Positions 45,901-57,708 are shown, counted from the first letter of the stretch. The stretch is 64,000 nt of DNA from Candidatus Latescibacterota bacterium (GCA_965237525.1 CBDEFO010000008.1:768001-832000); one strand, 5' to 3'. Notes: a model not told the origin generated them from the sequence alone. A program made the numbers and translations.

Positions 45901-46733
45901 CAAAGGGGCTTTTCTCTCGTTTATGGGCCATGATCTGATCGACACAAAAAGCAGAGTAATCCTTGAGACTCAGGGCACGCAGGCGACAGGGACAGCAGAG
46001 CCCGAAAGTGCCCTTAAGATGGTAGATGACCTTGAAACATAGACCATGCCCAAAGACATTCAGACACTTAGTGCCGATACCGGTTACGGTTCTGGTAATT
46101 TTATCGCTGATGTACTTGACCGGGGAATCATACCCCATATTCCTCTGCGAGCCGATGAGAAGATTGAACCGATTCCTACATGGAAAAACAAGACAAATCC
46201 AGCACATATTCAGGCCGAACGGGATAGAAAAGTGCGAGAGGCGAAAGCCAGAAATCATGCACGGTCTATCTCATTAACAGCTGACTACAAACTCTCCCGG
46301 AGACTCCGTAAACGCAGTGAACATATCTTTGCTGAAGCCAGGCAACAACACGGTATGGGACGAGCCCGTTATAGAGGACCAGCCTCACTGAATGAACAGT
46401 TGAATCTTGTTGCAACAGTACAGAATCTCAAGAGGCTTGTATCTTTCATAAGAAGGGGGAAAGCGTCTATGTGTGCCCTGTCTGTCAAAGACAGTGCATC
46501 CTGTTCTTCAAACAGCTCCTATTCCTTGCTGACCAGAACTCTGATAAGACTATTTTGCTTATTCCACAGCAAAACGATACGATATGCTTCTCTTTGACCC
46601 ATAATCGGCGCTTCAGACGCTGCCTGGGACATAACTATTTCACAAGGCTTTTAAGGCTTCCTGATTTTTTTCCTGAAGGATTGTTTATTTCGTTTAGAAC
46701 ATCTTCATCAGAAATCTGTGTCAATAGTGGCAT
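42950..46733 (-). pseudogene. site-2 protease (M50) fused to FG-GAP/VCBS repeats, interrupted by IS1182 copy 3
   Basis: VHETGH and NAFNLLPLYPMDGG; repeats DLDGDGDNDLAVAN..VSVLLNNGDGTFA. Removing the IS restores MPLLTQISDEDVLNEINNPSGKKSGSL-NNLFILV in frame. Confidence 0.85.
45131..46651 (+). mobile_element. IS1182-family element copy 3; TAG at 46040-46042
   Basis: Same TIRs and sequence as the other copies. Confidence 0.93.
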
Positions 46734-46849
46734 TGTAGCTCCTCATCTGTATCTTGAACAGTTGGTTCTTGAGTAGATAGCTGATTTTCCACAAGCATTA
46801 CAGAACTTTGCTGTATCAACCCAGCCCTGCATCAAACACGCACGTTCAT

Positions 46850-49800
46850 CTATTTTGTCTCTCTTTCAAATATAGAGTAGACCGTGGGGATCAGAATTAA
46901 AGTCAATAGTGTAGATGTTATCAGGCCACCTATGACAGTAATCGCCATGGGTGCTCTAATTTCTGCTCCTTCTCCTAATCCGAGCGCCATGGGCAGCAAC
47001 CCCAGCACAGTTGTGGATGTCGTCATCAGGATCGGTCTCAGCCTCACCTTTGCCGCCTCTATGATGGCCTCCATCTTGGACATTCCCTCGTCTCTGTAGA
47101 GATGGTTAGTATAATCTACCAAAACGATGGCGTTGTTTACGACGATGCCCGCAAGCATAACGACGCCTATGAGCACGACTACGCTTACGGTCCCACCTGT
47201 GATGTAGAGCGCGGCCACAACGCCGATTATGGCAAAGGGGATCGAAAACATAATCACGAGTGGATGCAATAGCGACTCAAACTGCGACGCCATAATCAAA
47301 TAGACCAAAAATACCGCAAGTAAGATGGCAAACTGCATGCTTTCGAAGGACTCCGACATCTCTTTGTTCTGTCCCCCCACAAATATGGAGAAATCTCCGG
47401 GGACTATACCTTTTCTATACAGCCGGTCAATCTCTTCTTCTATCTCCTCCACTACACTCCCCAAATCTCGCCCTGATATATTAGCCGTCACGAGGGCTGT
47501 TCGCTCCTGATTTACTCTCCTAATCTCGGCAGGGCCCCTTTCCAATTTCACATCAGCCACAGCGTAAAGAGGGATAGGCACAACCTTTTCCTCGAAAGAT
47601 CCTGCGTCAGACAGGTTGGACTGACCCACCGATACTCCCGCTGTGCTATTATTTACCGTAAGTCTCTTTATATCGTCTATGTTCCTTCTGTACTCCTCCT
47701 TTGCCCGTACTCTTATATCTATCTTCCTGTCCTTCATTGAAAGCTCTGTTGGGACTTCTCCCTGAATCTTATTCCTTATGATCTGTGATACAGTTTCTAT
47801 ATCAAGCCCTAAAGACGCCAATTTTCGCCTGTTAAGTGTGATCTGGATTTCGGGGTTTCCACTCTCGGCGCTCGATTTTATGTCCGTCAGCCCCGAAATG
47901 TTGGACATTCTGAAAGACAGCTCCTGTGAAAGTTCCTGTAAGGTCTTTAGATTGTAGCCTGAGATCTCCACTTCAACAGGCGTCTTGAAGCTGAAGTACG
48001 CAGGTCTTGAGAACTTGTGCTCCAGGGCCGGAATCTGGTTGAATCTGTGCCGCAATCTATTCATAATTGCCTCTTCACCTTCCCTATCTATTTCCCTGTA
48101 TAGCCTTACGTTGATCTGAGCGATATTTTCCCTCTCCTCCGACCCCCCTGACTCGCCGACAGAGCCGACTGTCGTATAGACAGTCTCGATCTGGCCGTCT
48201 AACTCCTTTATCATCTTCTCCATGCCTTCTGTGCGCTCATTTGTGTCGTCCAACGGCGTCCCGACGGGCAACTTCACGTTCACAAGAAAAACCCCCTGAC
48301 TCATCTCGGGAATAAGCTCTGTCCCTAAAAGATCGATAGAATAGACTGACAGGGCAAGGAGACAAGCCGAACAGATTATCACCACCGTCCTGTTGTATAG
48401 TGCCCATCTTAAGAGAGCGGGATAGTGGTCTCTCACGTAGCCAAAGGCTCTATCAAAGATGAGATGTAAGGGATATAGTACCGCGTTGATCCCTCGTCCC
48501 AAGATGAGGAACAGGCCCTGTATGGAGCGTAAGACCGCACCTAACTTCAGAGGAGATTCATTTTCGGGATTCGCCTTTGATCTCAACTGCACGCTGGATA
48601 GCATAGGTATCACCGTTAGAGCCACGACGAGGGAGGCTAAGAGGGAGAACGTCACGGTGAGCGCCTGATCACGGAATAGCTGCCCTGCTATTCCCTCCAC
48701 AAACACTATCGGGGCAAAGACGCATATTGTGGTCAGCGTCGAAGCTGTCACAGCCTTTCCAACTTCACTTGCTCCTAAATTGGCCGACTCCAGGATGGAA
48801 TGACCCCTGTCTTTGTATCGCTGGATGCTCTCCAGGACCACGATGGAGTTATCTACAAGCATTCCGATGCCTAAAGCCAGTCCTCCCAAAGACATTATGT
48901 TCAGAGATACGTCGAACAGGTACATCAAGAAGAACGTAGTTACCACTGAAATTGGGATGGCCAGACTTATGATGCCAGTGCTCCTGGAATTCTTGAGGAA
49001 AAGATAGAGCACAAAGATAGCCAATATCCCTCCATATATCGCCGTGTTCAGAACCTCTGAGATCGACTGCTCGATAAATCTGGACTGATCGAAGATGACC
49101 TTCATACTCACAGACGGAAAGAGCTCTTTCGATTTGAGCTTCAGGTCCTCCAACTTGTCCCGAACTTGCTTTGCCGCGGTGGCAGTATTGGCATCCGCCT
49201 CTTTATAGACTGCGACCTCCACGCTCTCCTGTCCGTTTATCTTTGTAATTATGTTCCTCTCCTTATGCCCCCTTTTGACCCAAGCTACGTCTTTAAGTGT
49301 TATGACAGCTCCGTTTTTCCATCCTATTACAATATCCTGGATCTCATCTACCGATCTGAACTGATTCAGAGTCCTGACGATATACTCCGCCGCGCCGTCC
49401 TTCAAGAGTCCTCCCGCCAGGTTGACATTCTCCTGGGATAGCCTGTCTGCAACCTGTGTGATCGGAATCTGTAAGCTTGCAAGCTTTCCCGTGTTTACTT
49501 CGACATTTATCTCCTCTTCCAATCCGCCGCTTACGTTTATGGCGGCCATACCTTCCAACCCCTCAAGTTCCTGTTTTATGTCGTCTTCGGCAAAGAGGCG
49601 CAGGGCAACAAGACTTTCCTTTCCGTAGATTCCGATCCTCATAATCGGGTCCAGAGACGGATCGAACCTCAAGAGAAGCGGCTTCTCGGAATCTCTGGGA
49701 AGATTTACTAAGTCAAGCTTCTCCCTTATATCCAGAGACGCAAAATCCATGTTCGTGCCCCAGCCGAATTCAACCATTACGTCCGAATTTCCGGGTCTTG

Positions 49801-50050
49801 AGGCGGAGCTAACTCTCACTACGCCATTTACGACTCCGACAGCTTCCTCTATGGGTTTGGAGATCAAGTTTTCCACCTCGCCCGGAGCCGTGCCTGGATA
49901 CTTGGTTCTTACGGTCAGGGTCGGATAAGTTATATCGGGCAGAAGGTTTACGGCTAATCTGTCGAACGACACCCATCCGAACAGCACTGCCGCCGCCACG
50001 AACATCGTGACAGTGACCCTTCGCCTTGTGGAAAACTGGACTATCTTCAT
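46850..50050 (-). CDS. RND efflux permease (AcrB/AcrD/AcrF family)
   Basis: NIMSLGGLALGIGMLVDNSIVVLE, GIVVNNAIVLVD, RLRPILMT. Confidence 0.95.
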   Translation of the reverse strand: MKIVQFSTRRRVTVTMFVAAAVLFGWVSFDRLAVNLLPDITYPTLTVRTKYPGTAPGEVENLISKPIEEAVGVVNGVVRVSSASRPGNSDVMVEFGWGTNMDFASLDIREKLDLVNLPRDSEKPLLLRFDPSLDPIMRIGIYGKESLVALRLFAEDDIKQELEGLEGMAAINVSGGLEEEINVEVNTGKLASLQIPITQVADRLSQENVNLAGGLLKDGAAEYIVRTLNQFRSVDEIQDIVIGWKNGAVITLKDVAWVKRGHKERNIITKINGQESVEVAVYKEADANTATAAKQVRDKLEDLKLKSKELFPSVSMKVIFDQSRFIEQSISEVLNTAIYGGILAIFVLYLFLKNSRSTGIISLAIPISVVTTFFLMYLFDVSLNIMSLGGLALGIGMLVDNSIVVLESIQRYKDRGHSILESANLGASEVGKAVTASTLTTICVFAPIVFVEGIAGQLFRDQALTVTFSLLASLVVALTVIPMLSSVQLRSKANPENESPLKLGAVLRSIQGLFLILGRGINAVLYPLHLIFDRAFGYVRDHYPALLRWALYNRTVVIICSACLLALSVYSIDLLGTELIPEMSQGVFLVNVKLPVGTPLDDTNERTEGMEKMIKELDGQIETVYTTVGSVGESGGSEERENIAQINVRLYREIDREGEEAIMNRLRHRFNQIPALEHKFSRPAYFSFKTPVEVEISGYNLKTLQELSQELSFRMSNISGLTDIKSSAESGNPEIQITLNRRKLASLGLDIETVSQIIRNKIQGEVPTELSMKDRKIDIRVRAKEEYRRNIDDIKRLTVNNSTAGVSVGQSNLSDAGSFEEKVVPIPLYAVADVKLERGPAEIRRVNQERTALVTANISGRDLGSVVEEIEEEIDRLYRKGIVPGDFSIFVGGQNKEMSESFESMQFAILLAVFLVYLIMASQFESLLHPLVIMFSIPFAIIGVVAALYITGGTVSVVVLIGVVMLAGIVVNNAIVLVDYTNHLYRDEGMSKMEAIIEAAKVRLRPILMTTSTTVLGLLPMALGLGEGAEIRAPMAITVIGGLITSTLLTLILIPTVYSIFERETK

Positions 50051-50190
50051 CTATAAGTACCCTGTTCCTGTCTAGTGGGGCGTGTCAGACAAGAATGTCT
50101 GACCCACCACAAGGTGCACAGAGAGATTTTGCTTTTTCGCCTTTTCCCTGTCTACTGTCTACTGTTTGCTGTCTACTGCCTTTATGCTGT

Positions 50191-50964
50191 CTACCTGTCT
50201 TCCGCTTCTCCGGTCATAGGGACAAACCTGACGGGAATTATGTTCTTTCTGGTGATGCCCTTTTGGTCTTTGGTCATGAGCACGAGTTCTTGATGCTCCT
50301 CGCCCACAGGTATGACCATCCTCCCGCCGACCTTAAGTTGATCAATGAGAGGCTGAGGGATATGGTCTGGCGCCGCTGTGACGATTATGCCGTCAAAGGG
50401 GGCATGCTCTTTCCAGCCCTGATAGCCGTCTCCCCATTTGACGGTTATATTCTTATACCCCATCTTCTCCAAGCGCTCCTTTGCGCTTTCGGCAAGTTCC
50501 TTGACTATCTCTATGGTATAGACTTCTCCTGCTATCTTGCTTAAGACCGCGGCCTGATAGCCGAGGCCTGTGCCGATCTCCAGGACATTTGCGCCGTCCG
50601 CAGCGGTCGCACCGCTCTTCAGCTCCAAAAGTTCCGTCATGAAGGCCACTATGTAAGGCTGCGAAATTGTCTGTTCGTGGCCGATAGGTAGGGGAGTATC
50701 CTGATAAGCCCTGTCCCGGTAGGTCTTGGGCACAAATTTATGCCTTGCCACCTCCCTCATCGCATCTAAAACCAGCTCGTCCTTCACCCCTCTTGCTATT
50801 ATCTGATCCTCCACCATCTTTGCTCTTTCCTGCGCAAAGTACTCCTCGTCCATCGCGCTCTTCTCCTTGCCATTTCCCGAATTGTAGCATGATTGCAAAG
50901 ATATAAATGTAAGCATGATTAAGATCACAACCTTAGGTTGAATTCCCTTTAATGGGACGCTCAT
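50191..50964 (-). CDS. pcm: protein-L-isoaspartate O-methyltransferase
   Basis: LPIGHEQTISQPYIVAFMT, VLEIGTGLGYQAAVL, APFDGIIVTAA, VRFVPM. Confidence 0.95.
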   Translation of the reverse strand: MSVPLKGIQPKVVILIMLTFISLQSCYNSGNGKEKSAMDEEYFAQERAKMVEDQIIARGVKDELVLDAMREVARHKFVPKTYRDRAYQDTPLPIGHEQTISQPYIVAFMTELLELKSGATAADGANVLEIGTGLGYQAAVLSKIAGEVYTIEIVKELAESAKERLEKMGYKNITVKWGDGYQGWKEHAPFDGIIVTAAPDHIPQPLIDQLKVGGRMVIPVGEEHQELVLMTKDQKGITRKNIIPVRFVPMTGEAEDR

Positions 50965-52346
50965 CGCTCACCACCGCCCCATCTTTTTTTCATCTTCTGT
51001 GGCATCTTTCGGAAGAACTCCTTCTGCTTTTCTGCGGTACTTTCAAAGTCTGGATCTTTCTTTGCCATCTTATCGTACTCCATCTTAATCTCAGGGTTTT
51101 GAAGCATCCGCTCCTTGATCCTCTTAAAGATCTCAGGTGACATCTCCCTGCCTTCTAACTTTCCTTTTTCCCCTTTTGCAGTGAACGTTCCACCTGAGGT
51201 GGCCACTTTCATAGTATCTACCGGCAGTGGATACTCAGCACTCTCTACTACCCGCACGTTCGTCCCGGTTTTGAGCCCCTCATGTCCCGCCGTAATCACC
51301 AAGTCTCCCTCACTTAAACCGTTCAGTACCTCTATTCTCTCGCCGTCCGCAAAGCCAGGGCTTATTCTCACCTGCCGAGCTATACCATTTGCAGTGGTGG
51401 TATCGCTCTCGAATACGAAAACGTTGTCCTCATCGGTCTCAAGGTTTAAGGCTCTCTTGGGGATCACAAGGGCATCGCGATGGGTCTCTGTGATAATGTT
51501 TATTGACGCGAACATCCCTGGCTTCAAAGGATTCTCCGTGCCGTGCAACCGCTGCGAGTTAGGGATCTCGACGGTTATCTTAACTGTCCCGCTGTGAGCG
51601 TCCACCACAGGACTGACCATCGTTACCTTGCCGATAAACTCCCGTTCCGGGAGTGCCTCCAAGTCTATTTTGGCCTTTTGACCTGTACTTACCTTTCCTA
51701 TATCCCTTTCCGGGATATGAATCTTTGCCAGCAAGGTATCAAAATCGGCGACAGAGAAAAGGTGCTGATTTGTATTCACATTTGCCCCGACGTCCACATT
51801 TCTCATTGTTATGATCCCGGATATAGGAGATGTAATATCAGTGTACCCCAACTTCAGCTTTGCGACTCCTAACTGTGCGTAAGCCCTGTCCACACTGTAC
51901 TTATCGCTTTCGTACTGTTGATCGCTTATCAGTTTCTTCCTGTACATCTCCTCTGATCTTTTGAAGTTCTTCTGTGCGTCCAGCAGTATCATCTGTTCCT
52001 GTATCATGTCCAACTCTATTTCCCTTTTGTCTAACTGCGCTAACAACTGCCCTTCAACAATCTTGTCGCCCTCCTCAACCAGGAGATGAGTTACCAGCCC
52101 GGAGGCCTTTGAGATCACCTGAACCTCCCTTTGAGCCTCAAGCGTCGTAGTCGTCAGTATGAAGCTATCTATTGCCTCTCTTTTGACCTTTTCGACTTTC
52201 ACGGGCACAGCGGCTGCGGCGCCTCTCTCCGGAAAGTTGCCCCTGCTCCAAAAGTTTCTCCCTCCTTTCGAATTTTCGTCCTTCTCACAGCTTAATGACG
52301 TGATCAGAAAAATGAGCAACATTAACGTCCATAAAGAACGGTTCAC
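50961..52346 (-). CDS. RND periplasmic adaptor (membrane fusion protein)
   Basis: LVEEGDKIVEGQLLAQLD, ITSPISGII, LKPGMFA, GLSEGDLVI. Confidence 0.93.
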   Translation of the reverse strand: MNRSLWTLMLLIFLITSLSCEKDENSKGGRNFWSRGNFPERGAAAAVPVKVEKVKREAIDSFILTTTTLEAQREVQVISKASGLVTHLLVEEGDKIVEGQLLAQLDKREIELDMIQEQMILLDAQKNFKRSEEMYRKKLISDQQYESDKYSVDRAYAQLGVAKLKLGYTDITSPISGIITMRNVDVGANVNTNQHLFSVADFDTLLAKIHIPERDIGKVSTGQKAKIDLEALPEREFIGKVTMVSPVVDAHSGTVKITVEIPNSQRLHGTENPLKPGMFASINIITETHRDALVIPKRALNLETDEDNVFVFESDTTTANGIARQVRISPGFADGERIEVLNGLSEGDLVITAGHEGLKTGTNVRVVESAEYPLPVDTMKVATSGGTFTAKGEKGKLEGREMSPEIFKRIKERMLQNPEIKMEYDKMAKKDPDFESTAEKQKEFFRKMPQKMKKRWGGGER

Positions 52347-52380
52347 CTGAATCTCCTTTCTTTCCTCAGATAGTGCATGA

Positions 52381-55079
52381 CTACTCGGAAAGTTCCCGTA
52401 TTCGATCTTGCCAGCGTCCTATGACCTTCTTATGTTGCTCGGCGTCCGTTGGTAGAAGATCAATCGCTTTATTGTACGCCCCAACAGCCTTTTGGATTTC
52501 ATCTTTTTCCGACAGGCTTTGGGCCTTGAACGCCCATTTGCGGGCCTCGATGTATGGACGGCACTCGGGGCAGACTCCGCTCTGTTTCATAAGGTTGCGA
52601 TAGGCTTGGGGGTAACTCAAGTTTTCCATCCTGGAATCCATAAGACAAGCAGTCGAGTGATCGTAGACGTCGGGGATGTAGAAGAGCATGTGGCCAACTT
52701 CGTGCGCCACTATGGCAGCGCCGAGGACTTTGTTTTTCTCACTTTTGGATAGTTCCCCAAGCTCGGAGTCGTAGTAAAAAGGGATATGAGTGTCGAACTC
52801 AAACGTACTGCTCATCAATGTGAATCCGTCGAAGGTGGATCTCTTGGGGCTATCAAAAGATGCACCTCCCACTTTAGCATGCTTGAGGACGCTGTGCGGA
52901 TATGGCTCAACTGCGTTGTCTAAAAAGACGAACGTACTTGTCAAAACGATGTCGTAATCTTCTTGCTGTTCCATTACATCTACCCAATCTATGTACAATT
53001 GATGGCGATTATCAGGGGATAAAAGCGGCTGACCGCTCTCTTCTATCTTGCTTGTCATCGCTTTGTCTGCCCTATCTATATATTCCCCTATCAGAAAGTC
53101 AGCAAACTCTTTGTGGTCCTTAAATGGCTTTTTCGGTCTGAATCCCTGGAGGCTGTCTAATTGCCATCGCTTTAGAAGCCTTGTGAAAAACCCTTAGATT
53201 CAGAAAATAGTATAAAACAAGCATTGATAAAGCAGTTCCGATGTATTATATTATGTTATTGATAATATTATACATGGAGGAAACAATGACCCCACAAAAG
53301 CAGGAACAGACAAATCCGATGTTTCACTATTTTCAGATGGAGGATTTAGTTCCCGAGGATCATATCCTTCGTCAGATTGATGAGGCAGTTGATTTTTCAT
53401 TTGTACGAGACGTTGTATCAGATTGTTATTGCCCTGACAATGGCAGACCCGGTATTGATCCTGAATTAGTTGTTCGAATGATCCTTATTGGCTATCTGTA
53501 TAATTTGAGTGAGAATCGGCTCTGTCAGGAAGTGGGGATGCATGCGGCATATCGGTTGTTTTGTCATCAGACATTTGATGATGCGGTTCCGGATAGGAGC
53601 ACGATCAACAAGCTTCGCAATCACAAGTGGGCATCCAGTGGGTTGTTTGAACGGATAATGCGTCAGGTAGTCCAGTGTTGCATAGATGTCGGTCTTGTGA
53701 GCGGTAAACACCTTAGTGTCGACGGCACTCAGATACAAGCTGATGCTTCAGTGAAAAGTATTGAGCCGATAGAACCCCCTGTTTCTCTTGATGATTATCT
53801 CAAGGGAATCGGTTTTGAAGGTGATAAGACAAAGGGTAGGTCCGGGCATCCTCAGGATAAAGACTTTCATGGTGAAAAGTGGACGAACCAAACACACCGT
53901 TCGACTACAGACCCCGACGCGCGCTTATACAGCAAATCGAAGGGCAAAGGGGCTTTTCTCTCGTTTATGGGCCATGATCTGATCGACACAAAAAGCAGAG
54001 TAATCCTTGAGACTCAGGGCACGCAGGCGACAGGGACAGCAGAGCCCGAAAGTGCCCTTAAGATGGTAGATGACCTTGAAACATACACCATGCCCAAAGA
54101 CATTCAGACACTTAGTGCCGATACCGGTTACGGTTCTGGTAATTTTATCGCTGATGTACTTGACCGGGGAATCATACCCCATATTCCTCTGCGAGCCGAT
54201 GAGAAGATTGAACCGATTCCTACATGGAAAAACAAGACAAATCCAGCACATATTCAGGCCGAACGGGATAGAAAAGTGCGAGAGGCGAAAGCCAGAAATC
54301 ATGCACGGTCTATCTCATTAACAGCTGACTACAAACTCTCCCGGAGACTCCGTAAACGCAGTGAACATATCTTTGCTGAAGCCAGGCAACAACACGGTAT
54401 GGGACGAGCCCGTTATAGAGGACCAGCCTCACTGAATGAACAGTTGAATCTTGTTGCAACAGTACAGAATCTCAAGAGGCTTGTATCTTTCATAAGAAGG
54501 GGGAAAGCGTCTATGTGTGCCCTGTCTGTCAAAGACAGTGCATCCTGTTCTTCAAACAGCTCCTGTTCCTTGCTGACCAGAACTCTGATAAGACTATTTT
54601 GCTTATTCCACAGCAAAACGATACGATATGCTACTCTTTGACCCATAATCGGCGCTTCAGACGCTGCCTGGGACATAACTATTTCACAAGGCTTCTAGAA
54701 ACTCTGCGATCTTATCTTTATGCCTCCAGATGCGCTCAGGCGCCTTCAGTGGGAACCGATGTCCTCTGTTAAAAGATTCTCGACTCGGATAGCGGTTGAA
54801 GAAATCGAGAATGGGCTCCTCCTTGTTATCGAAAGTAATCTGTAAGAGTCGAAATCCGAAGCGGTCTTCCATTATGTCCCATGCGAAATCTAAGACTTCC
54901 TGTGCGTCTTTTTGAGTGATCGGAGGGAATTTCGGATCGTTCAATATCCCAACCTGTACCACGATTGAGATGGAGTTCTCCGAAAGCCTCTTATCGTCCG
55001 TTAGATCAGCCCGGACAGACGAGGATAAAGCAGCTATCGCGAGCGCACAGAGGAGAAATATCTTTAGAAAGGGGTGCAT
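52381..55079 (-). pseudogene. secreted Zn metalloprotease (HEXXH, archaemetzincin-like Cys motifs) with TPR-like tail, interrupted by IS1182 copy 4
   Basis: Signal peptide; AHEVGHML..HSTACLM..VCPEC. Removing the IS joins IAEFL-KRWQLDSLQG..AMTSK in frame. Confidence 0.8.
53175..54695 (+). mobile_element. IS1182-family element copy 4 with intact transposase (ORF 53241-54641)
   Basis: Same TIRs; uninterrupted 466-codon ORF; likely start 53286 after GGAGG. Confidence 0.95.
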
Positions 55080-55082
55080 TAT

Positions 55083-57086
55083 CTATTGATCTCCAGTTCT
55101 TTTAGGTGTCCCCAGGTAGAGGGAAGTACAATCGTGGGAAGTGTGGTTCCGTTTATAGTAGCTTCCCAAAGGACGTAGCGGTTGAATATCAAATGAAATC
55201 GGTGCAACTAATTTGATCTTTGTTTAGAGTATTAGTAGATTAAGTTGAGTTGATTGTCTTAACTTTAATCTACGGAGTCCTATGGACAAAGAGAGATTGG
55301 CCGTATTAAGACAAGAAGTCAACGAGATGTATTTTAAGAAAGAAATGTCAAAGCGAGAAGTTATCAAACAAGCGAGAGTTTCCAATGATTTCGTTACGGC
55401 TTGGACTAAATCTCCGGATCAGGATTTTGCCATGGATAATCGGGGTTGGCCAAAAGGAAAAAGGCGAAAATTGGCTAAAGTTGACGAACAGAGAATCAAA
55501 GAGATTTACCATAGCTTAGAGGACGATCCTTATCAGTTCTATTCAGGAGCCACTGTTATTGAACAAGAATGGAGGAATCGATATTCTAGCACCCCTCCTC
55601 CGTCGTTGCCGACTATCGGCAGAATGCTTTCAGATTTAGGACTTTCCCAGAGAAGGAAGAAAGGTAAAAACAAGGGTGCATCTCGTTATCTTTGTTATCC
55701 AGAGTATACCATTTACTATCTTTCAGGAGGCAGAGTCCTAGAATCAGACTTTATTGGTAAAAAGTATCTTACCGGCAGAACTGAGCCGGTCAACTTCGTT
55801 GGATTTTCCTTTAAGAAAGAGCCTAAGTTAAGGTATTTTCGGCGGGTTGACGGTCAAACAGCAACTAACTTTATCGAGAAGTGTCAGTCTTTCTTTGACA
55901 GGTTTGAAAAACCAGATTTCGTTAAGGTGGACAATTGCTCGGCGACTATTGGCAGTGTTTCAGGTAAAAGGAATGTCAGCAAAGCAATGCAGTTTCTCTT
56001 GAAAAATCAAGTGATTCCGATATTTGCCGTTCCCAGAAGGCCCTTTTCTCAAGCATCTATAGAAGGCAACAATTCTGTATTTTCAAGGAAGTTCTGGAAC
56101 AGAATTCAGTTCAAAAGCTTACAAGAAGTTGATCAGAAGTTAGAATGGTTTAATCTTTCATCACAGAGATACACCGGCTACCGTCCACCTAAGCAAGAGA
56201 AGTCAAACGAGAAAGATTTCATTCCCAAGACCTATTTTATCAGACAAGTCAAACAGGACACAGAACAGACAGATAAAGCCTTTATCGATGTCCTAAATGA
56301 GAAAGTATCTCTTCCCTCCTCTTACACCAACTACTTTGTCCTGGCTGAATGGAACCTAAAAGAAGAACAATTATACATCCATTTTGAAAAAGAACAGAAA
56401 CCAAAGATTGTCGAAAACCTATCATTCAAGATCAATCAAAGATCGAAAGAGAAGTGCACCGATTTCATTTGATAAATAACCCGTAGCAACTAAAGGTCCC
56501 GCTACTATTGAAACATCCCGACATGATCATTCCTGTGTTCACGGCGAAACTAATCGATGCGTCACAGCTTTCGAACGGATCGCCGTATAAGAAGATAAAA
56601 CAGTCTGGAAACGTGCCAGCAGGAACTTGCATGGGGATCGTCCATGGAATCCTCACGGTAGAACTCAAAAAATGATCTTGTGATAGTGCTTTGCCTCCAA
56701 TTGTTGGGGGGAAAGCCTCATATTGTATGCGATAATCGAAGTCTCCATTATCACGATTAGGTGGACTGGCAAAGTCAAATACAAACATCTCCTTATCCTC
56801 TATATAGTCGAATCTGTCGTTGTATTCGATGATATTGCCATTTTCATCCTTCCGCAGCAATTGACCGTTGCTCAGGCGAAAATAATTCCTCCCCTTCGAT
56901 TTCCGCTTCCGACAGAACCTCTAAGACGAACTGTTCTTGTGAAACTGCTTCATCTACAATTACACTGCTATACTCATATACCCAGCGATTGCCCACCTGT
57001 AGTGGCCAGTAGTCGTTCACAGGCTCTGCCTGAGCTGTTACAGGCAGGAAGCAGAGAACAAGAACTAAAAACGCAAGCCTCTTCAT
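55083..57086 (-). pseudogene. secreted hypothetical protein with C-terminal STWG-x-LK motif, frameshifted and IS-interrupted
   Basis: MKRLAFLVLVLCFLPVTAQA signal, DYWPLQVGNRWVY; after IS removal ends ..VLPSTWGHLKRTGDQ*. Confidence 0.7.
55180..56481 (+). mobile_element. 1302-bp DDE insertion sequence copy B (transposase 55282-56472)
   Basis: Same TIRs as copy A; 6-bp TSD CGTAGC (55174-9/56482-7). Confidence 0.9.
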
Positions 57087-57205
57087 TATAAGAATGCATC
57101 TCATTGACAAAGTCAAGCAATTTGGTTTCATTATATCCTCTGGCATGTAAAACGCCAGGATTTTCGTCTCGGTCAGTTCCATCATAGCTGGACGCAGTTT
57201 CTAAT

Positions 57206-57708
57206 CTAAACCTCCTCCTCCAAAAGGTCCCTGCTTCTGGGGTCAAGTTTTCTGTAATCTGGTATCTGTTCCCGTCGATGTCCTTTATAAGTACCCGTCC
57301 ACGTCCAATCATCCGCGCATCCCGCCTGCTTCTCAATTCAAAGGTTCGATGACCCTTATCCGTCTCCACGTCCCACTTCGGCACGCCGAAATCCTCATCT
57401 ATGTCATTGATCCTGATTATGTCCGGCATAAAGTAGGACTTCTCCAGCTCAACTTTGAGTGCCTCTCTGGACTCGCCATCCAACTGGCCGGGATCTTCTA
57501 TTATTATACCTATTTCCTTTTCCTCCTCATCCTTCAACGCTATGAAGTGCATAGCGGCCGATAATGGAAAAGCCTTCACTGCCCTGACCTTAGAGTATTC
57601 CCTCCCATCATCGAAGCTGACTCCTAAATCCTGAAATCCATCGAGGTACAGCTTTATCTTCCCTGGATCAATCGTTTCCATCTCCTTCTCTATATCCACC
57701 CGAGCCAT
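57206..57708 (-). CDS. DUF1854-like protein, frameshift near 3' end
   Basis: VKAFPLS, YFMPDI..WDVETDKGHRTF, LIKDIDGNRYQI; downstream of an ABC exporter. Confidence 0.75.
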
